Source: Amoebophrya sp. A120
Taxonomy: Eukaryota > Protista > Dinoflagellata
Length of the DNA: 64,000 bases
Reading direction: 5' to 3'
NCBI GenBank assembly: GCA_905178155.1
Contig: CAJINV010000001.1
Span: forward strand, 3,797,706 to 3,861,705
In this document: positions 24,622-36,968 of the stretch, piece after piece
Numbering within the stretch: position 1 is the stretch's first letter
Layout of the letters: every line of letters begins with the position of its first letter
Position numbers and translations under genes: made by a program
Notes under the pieces: model-generated
What the model was told of the DNA's origin: nothing
Seen by the model: only the letters and a program-made list of their open reading frames with translations
Databases searched by the model: none

Positions 24622-25375
24622 GAGCGGTGCAGTACTAGTCTGTTGTTTTTAATCTAGGTTAATGTGCAGAAGAGACTAATCTAATTCACATTTCTGCACC
24701 TGCAGCTGAGCTTACTACAACTCTTGCAAAGATTAAGGCTGTTACAGATCACATGAGGACGATTGTAAGTAAACTGTGTATGACGATGAGTTCTTCAGCG
24801 GAGTCTGCTTTTGCAATTAGAAACGGCTTGTGATTGAGACTAGACCAGGGAAATCTGCCCCAAAGTAGATGATACCGTGATGGAAAAAGTTATGCTTTTC
24901 GAAGAAAGGATGAAAAAAAAAGACTCGACAAAAAATTCAATATCAGAAACGCCAAATGGCCGATGTTCAACATTCTAGTTAGCGCTATTGCGATGGCTCA
25001 TTCAGCTGGTTAAGAGATGATAGCCATAGCTGCAAGTAGTTTACGGAGAGAGATTCAGATGAAAAAATCTAGACCGGTTTGGTACCCTAGAACTAGGTAG
25101 TAAGTAACGACCGTTATTGAAATGAAAAAAGGGATGATAAACAACCGCTAAGCAAGATACTGAATAGCAATAAAACAGATTCTGAGGGAAGTAAAGTTGA
25201 AGGTCACTCACCATTTTTGGTAAACAAAGTGACGTCTTCAGCAGGGACAGATACAAAAATGAGAAGCAAAAACAAAGGAGATGAGCTACAACATCATGAT
25301 GAACAAATCGAAGAAACCAAAAGTTTGTTGACAAAAATGAATATGTCCCGCTCCCGAAGCGGTTAATAGAAAAAG

Positions 25376-28300
25376 ATGGCGGTCACACCCGGAGGCAGTA
25401 CCGCGGCTGCGAAAAATGAAGGTGCTGCCCCGTCGGCATCCTCTAGTACTGTCTCGCGGACCGCCTCAACCTCGACCGTACGGACGATATACACAAATGC
25501 CTCGGGGGAAATCAATGCCCCACTGTGGAGATACGAGAATGACATCAGCGGCCACAGCGCTACTTCCGTTCAGGTTGGCAATGCGCCTGCGACGTCGTCC
25601 TCGTCGAAGCGATTTATCGACAATCTTGGCGTCTCCCCGGTTGCAAGGCGGACAGAGCCGCATCAAAGTACACTTCGAAACAACAAAAGGCCGGTAGTGT
25701 CCTCGTCAAAAGGGAAAGGGAAGCAAGCAGGGGACCCGCCTAACATGTCTCTCAATCTGACGAAGCACATGACGCACAACAGCCACTATGTCAACAAGAG
25801 TGTTCTGCAGGAAGGCACGGCATTCAGTGGTAAGAACCCGCGGAGTACTAGTAAAGGACCATATTCGTATTCCCCTGGTGGGGCACCAGCCACAAAAGAT
25901 AGCACTAGGGCTACTTCAACAACAGCAACAGGCCGCGCTTTGGGAGACCTTCGCTGGGCGCATGGGTGCAACACGCGGCGGCAGCTGCGGGACGTTTTGC
26001 GCAATGAAGGGGATGCGGACATCATTGAGGTCGACGTGACCGTCGGGAAATTGCTTCGGGACGGGCGCGAAAAGGTGATTGTGGATTTCCCAAAATTCTT
26101 CGACTTCAATTGCGTCGGGGCGCGGAAGAAGTTTCAATGCCGCAGGAAGCTGGAGGAAGAGGAGCTGGGTGGCAGTTGCAGCGGCGGCGTAGGAGCAACA
26201 TCTTCTGGGGCAAGTAGAACTACAAGTCGCGGCACTACAGCTGGAGCAGGTGGACATCACCTGCACTCGGGTGGGGGACCCGCGACCCCGAGAGACGTGT
26301 ACGAGGACATGGATGACGGCGAGCAGCTGATTTTATGCCATTTTCCCTACACAAAGTCGGACTTGAGTTTGGCCGAGTTTCTGCGAGTGCTGTGCGAAGA
26401 AAATGACGCGTACTACAAGGAAAAAACGGCACGGGAAGTAGCGTGCTCTACTACGAGAGCATCTTCTTGTGGTCACCAGCGGACAAACAGCGCAAACTAC
26501 GATCAAGGTGGACGACTACAGCAGGGAGTAGAGAATGGCTGCAGGGCGACCGCAACTGAGCAACAAGCAGAGTACTATCCTTCTGGTGCTGTTGAGCTTT
26601 GTCGCGATTGGTCTTGGCCAGCTGCGATCACTAGCTCCCACTGGCCGCATTCGCAGGCAACTGACGATGAATTCGCACCCATAATTCCTCCTGCTGAAGC
26701 TGTTGCGAATAGCTTGAAGCTGGACGATTTCACACCTATACGAAGTACAACACCTGCTCCTGCAGATTATGATTACAGCAGGCAGTTCGACCCTCCCGCG
26801 CGTGCGCGTGCCGCGACCTCAGGCCCAACTTTCTGGACCGGCGGAAGAAAGAACGGCCCTACGAAAGATGATTTGACGTCTGGTTCCTTCCTTGAACTCG
26901 AAGAGCTGTCAACGAGTAGTTTTTCGAGAAGCGGAACCGATACCGAAGAACCACCTCGTCGTCCTGATGCTCCTCAAGATGCGAAACACAATCACGACAC
27001 CGTCGCTCTTAGTACTCCAACGGCAAGAACATCAAACACAAGAAAGATTGCTCTAGACGACGGGAATTTTTCGCGAGGCAGCCAAAGCACGGAAAAAAGT
27101 TCATCGTCTGCGAAGAAGCGGGCGCCCATTAGCTCTACCACGGATGGTGCGGCAGCCGCCTCGAAGTCTTCCAAGAATTCATTTTCCGGGACGAGCAGAG
27201 CCTTGTTTGTGAATACCACTGACCTTCACCACCTCGCGCTTCCGGAAGCGCGCGACAGCTCCGCGTCTACTGCTTCGACGTCCGCCACGTCGGACAAAAC
27301 AACAACATCGGGGATGATGAATGGGGCAACCAGCGAGACGGACAGGGATACCGATCGACACGAGGATCACGTGGGTTTTTTGTTCGACAACCGCTCAGGA
27401 GGCAGTAGTTTTCCCGGGGAGCCAACAATGTCCTCGGGATCACTAGCAAGTGACAGCAAAAATAGAAATTCTGAAGGAATTAGGACTGGCACAAATACTG
27501 CTCCACCTTTGTCAACCTCGGCAACCTCAACAGCATTTCCCTCATCCACTTCTACGAAAAAACGCAGACTCCGTCCGTTGGGTGTGAAACTTGATTTCAA
27601 AACCCAGCGCGCGTTGAAGCCGGCCCTGCACTTGCTCAAGAAGTTGAACGCTACTGCGCGACTCCCGGTGGTGATTCTGAATGCCGACGTGCTGCACGGG
27701 CCGTGTTCCATGTCCGAACGGTATCTCCCAGTGCTGGAAGCCAAGACCTTCGTGCAGATGTGCGTCGAGCGCTGTCCAGAAGCGGTCCTGAGTCTCAGCT
27801 GGCTCGCCGGCGATCACGCGATAAGCAGCAGGAATCGGGTGTATACGGACCAGATGATCGAAAAAATGCTCGGAATTGTATAGGAATTTTGTACGCTGAC
27901 GCATATGCTTCATTGTCGCATACTTATTCTGCGGTTTGATACATCAAGCGTGAAAATGCAGTGCAGTGATTGTGATAACCATAAGTGCAGCGAACTTGAA
28001 CTTCTTTTCTACTTCGAAAATAAGAATTGCCGTAAAATAAATAAAAATCAAAATTTAGGTGCTTTTCCCTTTGATCGACGATGGTTCTGGGCTTATCCGA
28101 TCTCCCGCCAACGCTGCGCGCCACATCACTTTTGCGGTCTGTGCCCAGTACGCTGCAGCCTCGAAACTCGTTTTTGACAAGTTACTATGCATTGCAAAAG
28201 TATCGTACTAGTACAAATCGCAATACAAATTTTTCCAGAAGGAAAAATGGAATTTGTAATGCTGATTTCGCTAAGAAACAAGATTTGTCATGCATGATTG

Positions 28301-28770
28301 CAATTAGTTTTAGTACGAGGACGATACTTGTTTTGCACAGGATAGTTACTGCGGCACGTACCCTCTGCCTCACTGACACTATACACCGGGTCCTGGTCCC
28401 GGGGCATCACGCCAGAGCATATGCATTGCAAGTATGTCTGGGTCTCCTGGAAGAAATTGCGAGATTTCTCATGCTAGTTTGGCATGACTCTGAACTCTGT
28501 ATTGCGTGGCCACGAAGACCTCCTCTTGTCTGTCATGCAAAAGCGATGTTTCTCATGCGGTATACGCAACACAGAGCCACGAGAAAATCTGTCATGCTTG
28601 GCGGTGCATTACAGTGCGCTTTCTGTTCCCTGACATGCATCGCAAGTTTCCAGACCCAGACATATTTGCACTTGATAGAGCATCTGGACGAACTAAAGCA
28701 GCTCTTCCCCTCCAGCCGCACCTTCTTCGACGTGCGGTTGAGGAACGGAAACGGGGCGGCAGCGAGATAG
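25376..28770 (+). CDS. FAM151/menorin-like (DUF2181, PLC-like phosphodiesterase fold) protein; exons 25376..27877, 28059..28185, 28350..28419, 28683..28770
   Basis: Motifs in family order: WAHGCN, IEVDV, ILCHFP..SDLSL.EFL, GVKLDFK, ILNADVLHGP, LSLSW, HITFAV, SLTLY, FFDV. The last three join only after removing two introners. Confidence 0.82.
28186..28344. mobile_element. Introner/MITE, family B
   Basis: TATGCATTGCAAAAGTATCGT ... ACGATACTTGTTTTGCACAGGATA. DR GTTAC. Confidence 0.9.
28420..28677. mobile_element. Introner/MITE, family A (B-like left tip)
   Basis: TATGCATTGCAAGTATGTCTGGGTCT ... AGACCCAGACATATTTGCACTTGATA. DR GAGCA. Confidence 0.9.
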
Positions 28771-29846
28771 TAATCCTAATCGGGACGCAGAAGTACCTAG
28801 TTTTGCGGCTGCTGATGTGATTTCTGCGGGAAAAATTCTTCACTGCAGATGTTGACATGTAGCTTGTTTCACGCTGGCTGTGGCTTCTTGCTTTTTACGA
28901 AATCATTCTATTCATCATCATGTACAAAGTTTTTGGAACGACCGTTGAAGGTGAAGCATCTTCACTCACCGACAAGATATGTTCTTTTCCGTTGTTTTTT
29001 GGCGACTATGACCAGGGTACCTACTATGGTATCCGCTTTTCGATCAGGAATGTCATGTACACGTTTCTACTCTTGGGCTCTTCTCTATCCTTCGAACTTT
29101 GAAATTGAAATAATTTTTTGAACCATATGAATGTCTTTTCTGAAGATTCTGGTAGACTGCAGCCCGCTCCGCTCAGCTGGAATGGGAACTGGCATCGTTT
29201 GTTTTGATTGGCAAAACGAAACGAAAAACGATACGAGTACGAAAAAGCGAAAGACAAACAAGAATGAAATATCGAAAGCATGACGCTTTTCCTTGGCGGG
29301 TTGTGAAGCATAGTCATAGAAGTTTTCCCGCTGCGAAAGCATAGAGGTTTTTGTTATCTTCCTGATACATAGGATCTTAGACTTATTGAGAGCATCGCTG
29401 TTGTCAAGTTTGAGCGAGCCAGGCAGAACGAGAGGTCTCTCTTCTTCACGTAGCCCTGTCTGTGAGCCAAAAATATGTCAGAACCAGAAGTAGATTCGTT
29501 CTCGATTTTTGATGTTACCTTCTCTGAGCTTGCGCTTCAGCTTCATAATTATCGCGGGAACTACCACAGTTGGCACAGTTGTGGGATTGCACTGCCACCA
29601 GGAGACAACGAGCACTAGAGGTCGAGGTGGTAGGACCAATAGAAGGAAAGATGCACACCAGGGCGCAGGCAATGCTCCTCTTGAGGCCCCCGAGCAGCAA
29701 GACAAGAGCTGCTTGCTTGCCCTTCGTACATCTACACCAGGCTGCTTCATCTTTATTGCGGTCTAAGAAAAAAACAGCAGAACAACTTGAAAAAGACCGT
29801 GTCCTGCCCGCACTTGCACGGCCTTTAGTAGGTGAAGTAACGTAAA

Positions 29847-31106
29847 ATGCACCGGCCGCAACTCTTTCCTAACAGCTCCTCGTCTTCGTCAACCCGCCTG
29901 CCCGCGAACGGCACCCGGACGACCCCACAGAAGCTGCATGGTGGCGGAGCATCAAGTGCCTCGTCAAGCTCTGGCTACAAATCCACCAGACCGGGAAAAG
30001 CGCGGATCTCCACCGGCGGCTCCTCGGCCGCCTTCGAGCCAAATGGCGGCCCGAACGTGCGGGGTTTCTTCGCGCAGTGGGACAAGGGACTGTCCCAGAT
30101 ACGCAAAGACCTGCACGAGGAAGCCTGCGATATGGGGCGGGAGCGCGACCAGATCGGGAAACAACGAGTCCGCAGCTACAGCAGCGGCGCGGTGAACTTT
30201 TCCTCCGCTGCAGGAGCGGTAGGTGGCCGACAGCAAGGCGGTTCATCCGGCAAGGCCAGAGGCGCGGGCAACTACAGCACACCAGGGAAAAACAAGAGCA
30301 GCTCGAACACAACCAGGGCGGGCGCCGGCGGGAGCCACGCACCAGGTGCGACTACGGAGTCACCTTCTCCGACGTACCGACAACGGATTCCGAGTGAGTA
30401 CCAACACTTCTACGAGCAGGAAGTAGATTCGGACATCTACTCGAAGGTCCAAGAGCACCAGACGCTGTTCAGCAAGGCGAATCTTGTGAACGCGAGCGAG
30501 TACAAGGCTATCTGGCAAGAGCATGACGAGCAGTTTCGGGCTTTTCAAGAGCACGTGGAACCAGGTGATAGGGCAAATAATGGTGAACAGGTGGCGGAAA
30601 ACGGCGGTGCGGCATCTGTTAGATTGCCAAGCGAGGAAAGAATTATAGCGCCAGCAGGAGCGGGTGCGGGAGCAACGACTGTGGAGGGAGGAACCAACAC
30701 ACAGCTTCTTCGCTATTCAGACGTACCTCCTTCCTTTTTTGATAGGCCTTTTTGTCGCAGAGTGAGCATTTCATTCGAAGAGCAAATTGTGGAATGCGCT
30801 TTGTGATATGCAATACTGCAAGTGCAAGCTTGAAACTAAAAAATCGTCTATGAACAAAAGAAATCGCTCCACGAACTCTATTGACAGATTCCCTGGCCGC
30901 CCGTGAACGGCGATATTCTGGAATTCTGCGAGGCTTTGTGGGCTCCGGGTCACCCGAAACAGGCCTACCGCATCGCGTGCCGGCGATGGCATCCGGATAA
31001 GTTCTTGGCCTTGTATGGACACAGAATACACCCGGATGATAAAGAGCAGGTCGAAAATCGCCTCAAAGAAGTTTTTCAGGATATCATGAATAGCAAAAGG
31101 TGTTGA
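29847..31106 (+). CDS. Protein with NFKBIL1-like/J-domain-like C-terminus (exons 29847..30722, 30888..31106)
   Basis: Spliced product reads LRYSD|IPWP...RRWHPDKF...LKEVFQ. Confidence 0.7.
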
Positions 31107-31826
31107 AGACGAGTTGGTCAACTTCCAGCCCTTGAAGCGATGAAATGACGAAACAGCCCTAAAGATAAGCCGACCATTAACAAGGTCTGTATCTTGTTTG
31201 TAGAGATCAAACTACATGTGTCGCAGCTGATGTTCCGCTTCCGACGGAGTCAGATCAGGGATGTATTTGCTAAGCGTGAGTGGGATTTACATTTTTTTCG
31301 ACCAATGAAAATAATGATAATTGTCGGGCGCAGGGGCATACACTTCGATATCGATTCGTGTTCGTGAGCAAATCCAATTCTACCACATGGACGCATAATT
31401 TATGTGTCTCCGCTGGTCTGTAAAATAAACAAAGTATTACTTGGTACTTATACTCATGGACGACCATGCCGATTTCGCGATGTAGTAACATGAATCGAAC
31501 ATTTCGTCCGAAGGCATATTAGTGCTTGCCGCATTGTCCTCTCGCGTACTATCGTTATCGTATTCATTCGCCTTCGCGTCGATCGTGTGTCGTCTCGTCT
31601 TTTGACATTGAGATAGTTGACTCTTGAAATTGATACATCATGTGAAAGGTACAAAAATGAAATTTGACCGCAAAAATTTTTGTGATAGTCACAATGAATT
31701 AGTTTTCCGCTGCATTGGCACGAGTCGCATAGACCTGCGCGCAGGACGCACGGTTTGCTCAGTTGGCAACCCAAACAACAGTAAAAAAAGTTTATTTTAC
31801 TAGACGGCCAAGGCATCCCCGAAATT

Positions 31827-33399
31827 ATGAATGAGGTTGGCGAGATAGAGGCCTCCTCCGCCGCATTTGCCAATTGGGTGGAAGAAGAAGCTCATGCATA
31901 TGTCCAAGAATGGGCAGTCGGTTCGGTCGACGAAATCGAGCACGAGCTGAATGGCCTTTCCTCCCCAGAGTCTAGAGCCGCGAGGTGGAAGACGATTACG
32001 CAGTTGTCCGCGGTGCGGCGTCCGCTGGAGTTAGACCTCCAAAATCACAATACCTGCAAAGCGGCTGCGGCCGACGGGCAACTTGGCACGCGAATAAAAT
32101 TGAGCGGTGCGCTTTGGTTCATGATTTTTATCCAACAGCGAAGACACATGTCGTCCGTCGACTTCGAACTCGAATCGGCGCCGACCTCTTGCTGCTCCTC
32201 TTGTTTCGTTGCTGACGAGCAACCACAATACGAAGCTTAATGAATTTGAATGACTTAGTAGAGCCGAAGATGTATGCAACCCAAACCTCGTCCTCGAGCT
32301 CCATGCATGAAAAATATGATTGAAGATGATGAACACCTCCAACACAATCTATCAGGTTCAGGATCCCAGAGACCGCGTGAGGCTGACGTCTTGTGGTTCC
32401 CCAAGAAGCTCAAGATGAAAAAGAAGAACTCGAAGCTGCAGAGCAAACAACCAAAAGTGATACACTGTCTGGAGCGATGGGATATAGGAAAAGGGCTACT
32501 GCGAATGACAATAAAGTCCGAAGGCGCAATCTTTCCGAGAGGAACGTGGCTCGATAAAAATCGATGGAGGAACTTGCGCGTCAAACTGGTCCAGAATCAG
32601 GTTTCCTATCTCAACGGTAGAACGGCGCCAGCACACGTCCGGCAGTACATCCCAGTCGAGATTCTGCGGAAAGTGGCGGAGTACCTTGATCCACTCGGGG
32701 ATGTATTGTTCAACCCGGCCTATTATGTCGATTTGGCGTTCAACAAGAGGAGCGCGGACATGGAGCAACTAATGCAGAAAGTGTGTAGGCGTTGCATCGC
32801 AGAAGCGAAGGAAGGTAGTTAGCTGTAGCTTTTGTTATTTGCTACATCTGCAACACAGTACATTAGCGTCCAACAGTGTCCATGTCGTAGGCCAGTGTGC
32901 TAGATCAGTATGTGTAGTATGATTTCTTGTCCTGTTCACATCATCAGAGGTGATTGAAAAGGAACCTACTCCTAGTCCTACTCGAAAAAAAAAACGAGGT
33001 AAATCCTTCCTTAAAGGGACGCTGAGCACCCGTACGAAAACAAACAGCGAAACGACGGTGATTTCCATCGGTCTCGGATCAACCTATCTTCCCCCGGAAA
33101 GGAGAAGAGATGAAGACTCTTCCTCTTCGTCCGATTACGACGTTCCGAACCCAGACATTGAGATGGAGTGTTTTCCACGGTGGGAAACGTCAACCACGGA
33201 CATCGTCTTTAACTCGGACGAATGGAAGAAAATTGCTCAAAAAGAGGAGGCGGATGTGCGCGAGACATTCGCCCGGCCGACGGCCGTCTGTCTGCAGCTC
33301 GTCTGGGCACGCATGCATGCATTTGTGAAGGAAAAGGGCATGAGTTTATTCGTCACAAAGAAGGAAGCGGAGGCCAGGCTGTGGAACATGCGATGGTAG
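31827..33399 (+). CDS. Hypothetical protein with F-box-like motif (family member 3), 3 exons; first donor site uncertain
   Basis: 'IPVEILRKVAEYL' and N-terminal 'SAAFANWVE' match the gene at 1373. Intron 32815..32947 is GT-AG. Confidence 0.65.
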
Positions 33400-34561
33400 C
33401 GAATTGTCATCAATGTTGATGAGGCCGAGAAGAAACAGAAGATGAGAAAAGAAAATATCCTCGAGCTACAAAATAGAGATCCAGATCCTTTTCCTTGATT
33501 CCTTGTACTTGATATATCTAGAGAGCTTTATGAATTTATTTTCTGTTGTTGTCGGTTCGCTCGGGTCCCACACTCACTGTATTCTACAGCTACCCCGACC
33601 CCGAGGCCAGTGTGTCATCAATTTATATATTTGTGATTGTGTGTATGAGTATGTGTGAGGACTCTTCAGAAACAGCAGAAGAAAAGACAACGAACAAAAC
33701 CAAAATCAAAATCTCTCTTCTACTTTCGGCAATTCGAATTCCACAGAGAACTGTGCGTCCTCGGGGCAACATGCAACCCAGAGTTGGAGGCGTTCGTGTA
33801 GCTGCTTCTTACGGGTGTGTTAGTTATAGTTGCCTGACCACTGCTGCGCTGAGCCCGCCTGACGTGACGACGTTCCGTGGGACGATAGCTGCTATTTTAC
33901 CTTGTGGTCTTTGATGTTTTTCTGTGTTTTCTCCCTTGATGGTCTGCGTCTGTCCGTGCCGCTCTACATCGGTGATAGTGAAGCAGTGTTGTGTAGTACT
34001 CGAGTCCTCTACAAAGTCATCGAGCTATTGCTCAGACAGCGCTCTTATGATAGACGAGCTATGATCGACGCTCAGACAGGCTCAATTTTGCTTTGACTTC
34101 TATCGGGGTCTCAGATCCTCAAGAAAGGCATCGACTCTTCGTCCCAATCATTTACTTGCTTTTTTTGTATTAGTATCAAGATGGAGACCTCGTTTACTAT
34201 CAAAAGAACATATCTACTCCGCCCCTAGAATTGTTTTCGTTTCAATCGTCATTATTGTCGTCGTATACCACCTACACGTTCACGTGCAAGAACATTTTTT
34301 TTCAAATTGAAATTCGTCCTATCCGTCCCGTCGTCATCTAGTCTTGTCGTATTTTTAGGTGTCGTGCATGCACCCTTCCCAAATAGAGATATCCCTCTGA
34401 AAGTTTTTGCGGACTACCAACAAGCAGGATTGCAGGAGCGCCCTCCCTTTCCTACACGCTTCAGTATTGCTAGCACTGCTAGTATCAATTTTTCTCGAAG
34501 ATTAAGGTTAAGGCTAAGCTTCTTCAAGAGGTGTCTTTCATCTGCTTCTTACAGTAAGAAG

Positions 34562-34951
34562 ATGATCAAGTTCACGCTGTCCGTCATCACATGGTGGGGC
34601 GAGGAGTTTTCGGACTCTGAAGCAAAGGTCATCAAGGCGGGCGTCCCATTTTTACATGACGAGATGAACAGCGAAAAAATGTTCTCGCACCGATCGTCGC
34701 ACGACCAGCGGTTCATCACGGCGACCACAAGCACCAAGATCCTGAGCAGGAACGAACCCGCGAAACTGGGGAAGTTTGCGAGATCCAGTTCTTTCTCTAC
34801 TTCTGCGTCCTCTACTCTCACCTCTGCGGGAACGCGCGAGACGAAGAAGGAATATGACACGTTGTTTACGCAGAGGAAGGCGGGCCAGGACCTGCACGCG
34901 ACGACGAGCCAGGATGAGGATCGTGGCCGTGCGAGTCTGAAGGACGAATAG
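34562..34951 (+). CDS. Possible small hypothetical protein or terminal exon
   Basis: GC-rich, coding-like stretch in AT-rich surroundings. No motif recognised. Confidence 0.3.
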   Translation: MIKFTLSVITWWGEEFSDSEAKVIKAGVPFLHDEMNSEKMFSHRSSHDQRFITATTSTKILSRNEPAKLGKFARSSSFSTSASSTLTSAGTRETKKEYDTLFTQRKAGQDLHATTSQDEDRGRASLKDE

Positions 34952-36968
34952 CACGACTCGACATGACAAGATCACAAACACCTCTACTTCTTGTTGCGCC
35001 AGCGAAAAGGCTTGAAAGATCAAGCATTTTGATCGCCCGAATTTTGATTTTCTCACTCTTAGTTTGAAGAATAGAATCAACCACGACATCAAGAAAACGC
35101 AAACGTGATAGTACACGTAATCAGAAAAAACTCGAAATCTTTATCTCCAATTGTTTTCACGAAGATTTGAAATGTAGTCCTTGATCCGTTATCTCGAGCG
35201 CCAGGACCACCCTGTAGCTGTAGTGTGACAGCTCCATTATCATCTACTCGATGTTGATAGTACAGCATCAATATCCAAGTAAAAATACAGAAAATCAAAA
35301 AGTACTAGTTCCTTTTTTTCTCAATTTAGTATTAGTTTTACATTCTTCCGAGCTGAAGATGCTTTCAAAAAAAGAAATGTCAATTTTTCTATACAGATCT
35401 TGCACTGAACCCCTCTCAAGTTTCAGGTCGGAAAAGTAAGTAGAAGTGCTACGCATAGGCAAAAAGATACAGTCAAGCTTCTTTTGTTTTCCAGAGAGAG
35501 TAAGAAGAGCAAAACCAACATGCGAAACTGTAAAATGAATGCCGTCTGTTCCTGAGGATCAGCACGGCATATGTGATTTTTCTTTCAGCTTTGGAATACG
35601 GATGCTTCGCCACGCAGGAAGGAAATTACATGTAAAAGCATTTTACATGCTTTAAAGAAATCAAGCTAGCTTTATGCGTTCTTGTTGTTTTGATAGCAAA
35701 AATTAGGAAGTGAAAACAACAGTACTTACGTAGCTGCCTGTAGTCCACGAACACTTTGCAGCCCGGAGCCGCGCGGCGCGCGAGGGTACAAATCGGTCCA
35801 CAAATGATAGCTCATTGCGTCAGACTCTATTTCAGCCAGGGTGACAGCTCAATAAAATCAGCACCTTATGTATGATATCAGGCAAAATGATGGACAGGAG
35901 CATGGTGAACGTGAAGTAGATCTGCATCTTGTGATCTAAGAGTATAAGTATTTTTGGTCCCAGCTGATGCTGAAGCTGTGCCAGTGATGGATAAATTCAT
36001 AGCATTGGCATGTCCTCGCTGTTGGTCTTTCCCTGCAACAGAAAATACTCCAGTATCAGTATGTACGTGCTTGGGCACTCCTCTCGACCTGCTCGTCCAG
36101 TTGTACTATTCTGCATAAATGCATAAGGCCTCGATGAAGCGAAAAATAACAGGTGCTTTACAGCAATTTGAAATGTAGGACGTTCTCGGCAATCGCAATC
36201 AGCGGTAGAAAAATCTGCTTCAAAAGACGAAGGAAAAAGTCGGTCGTATTTTATTCTTGTTGCTGCTGCATTTTCGTTTCATCGTCGCAGAAGTCCACGT
36301 TTATTTTACAGATCATTTTTTTTTACTGCTTGAAATCACGACACAGCAAAAGAACCTGCTGCTTGCCTCACTCTCACGTACAACAAGCTGCATCAGCAGT
36401 AAAACCGCTGCCAGAACATTCGTGACCGCAAAAAGTGGCGCTGGCGCAAATACGTAGCTCCACAGCCAGATGAGCCCAATCGGATTAGCGAGGCTTGCTA
36501 TTTTAATAGCAAAATCGCATTCAACTACACACGTGCTTCTCTGTTGGACTATTCAGATGGGAAGAAGTATTTTTAGTTTGAAAAAACCGCTTCGAATCAA
36601 GTCGTTCGATTGTATATTAAACTGTAACCGGTCACGGTCTTTCTCTTTCATTCGATTCTTACAGGAAACTTGCGCAGGAAACAGTGGAATTTGTATCAAG
36701 GAGAACCCATAAGTCATCTTCATAGTATTCATTGGGCAAGAACGCAAAAATGAATAAACCTTTTAGGAAATCGCAAGCATTGTCTCGTATACCACAAGTA
36801 GCACGTATTAAACCGCACTACAAAAACGAAGAAGACGAGAAATCGGCAGGAAGAAGTCTAGAGACACATGATCAAATCGAAGAAGCAAATAAAAGCGATT
36901 TTTGAGTTTTCTTCACATTTTGAACACCGATTCAAAAAACCTCGCTTTATTTGCACAATAAAGCGACG

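Noticed and set aside
28081-28770. ORF-track proteins reading through introners (also 47149..48414 and the start of 48700)
   Set aside because: They contain translated TIR peptides (YALQKYRT, FQTQT). The real frames emerge only after excision.
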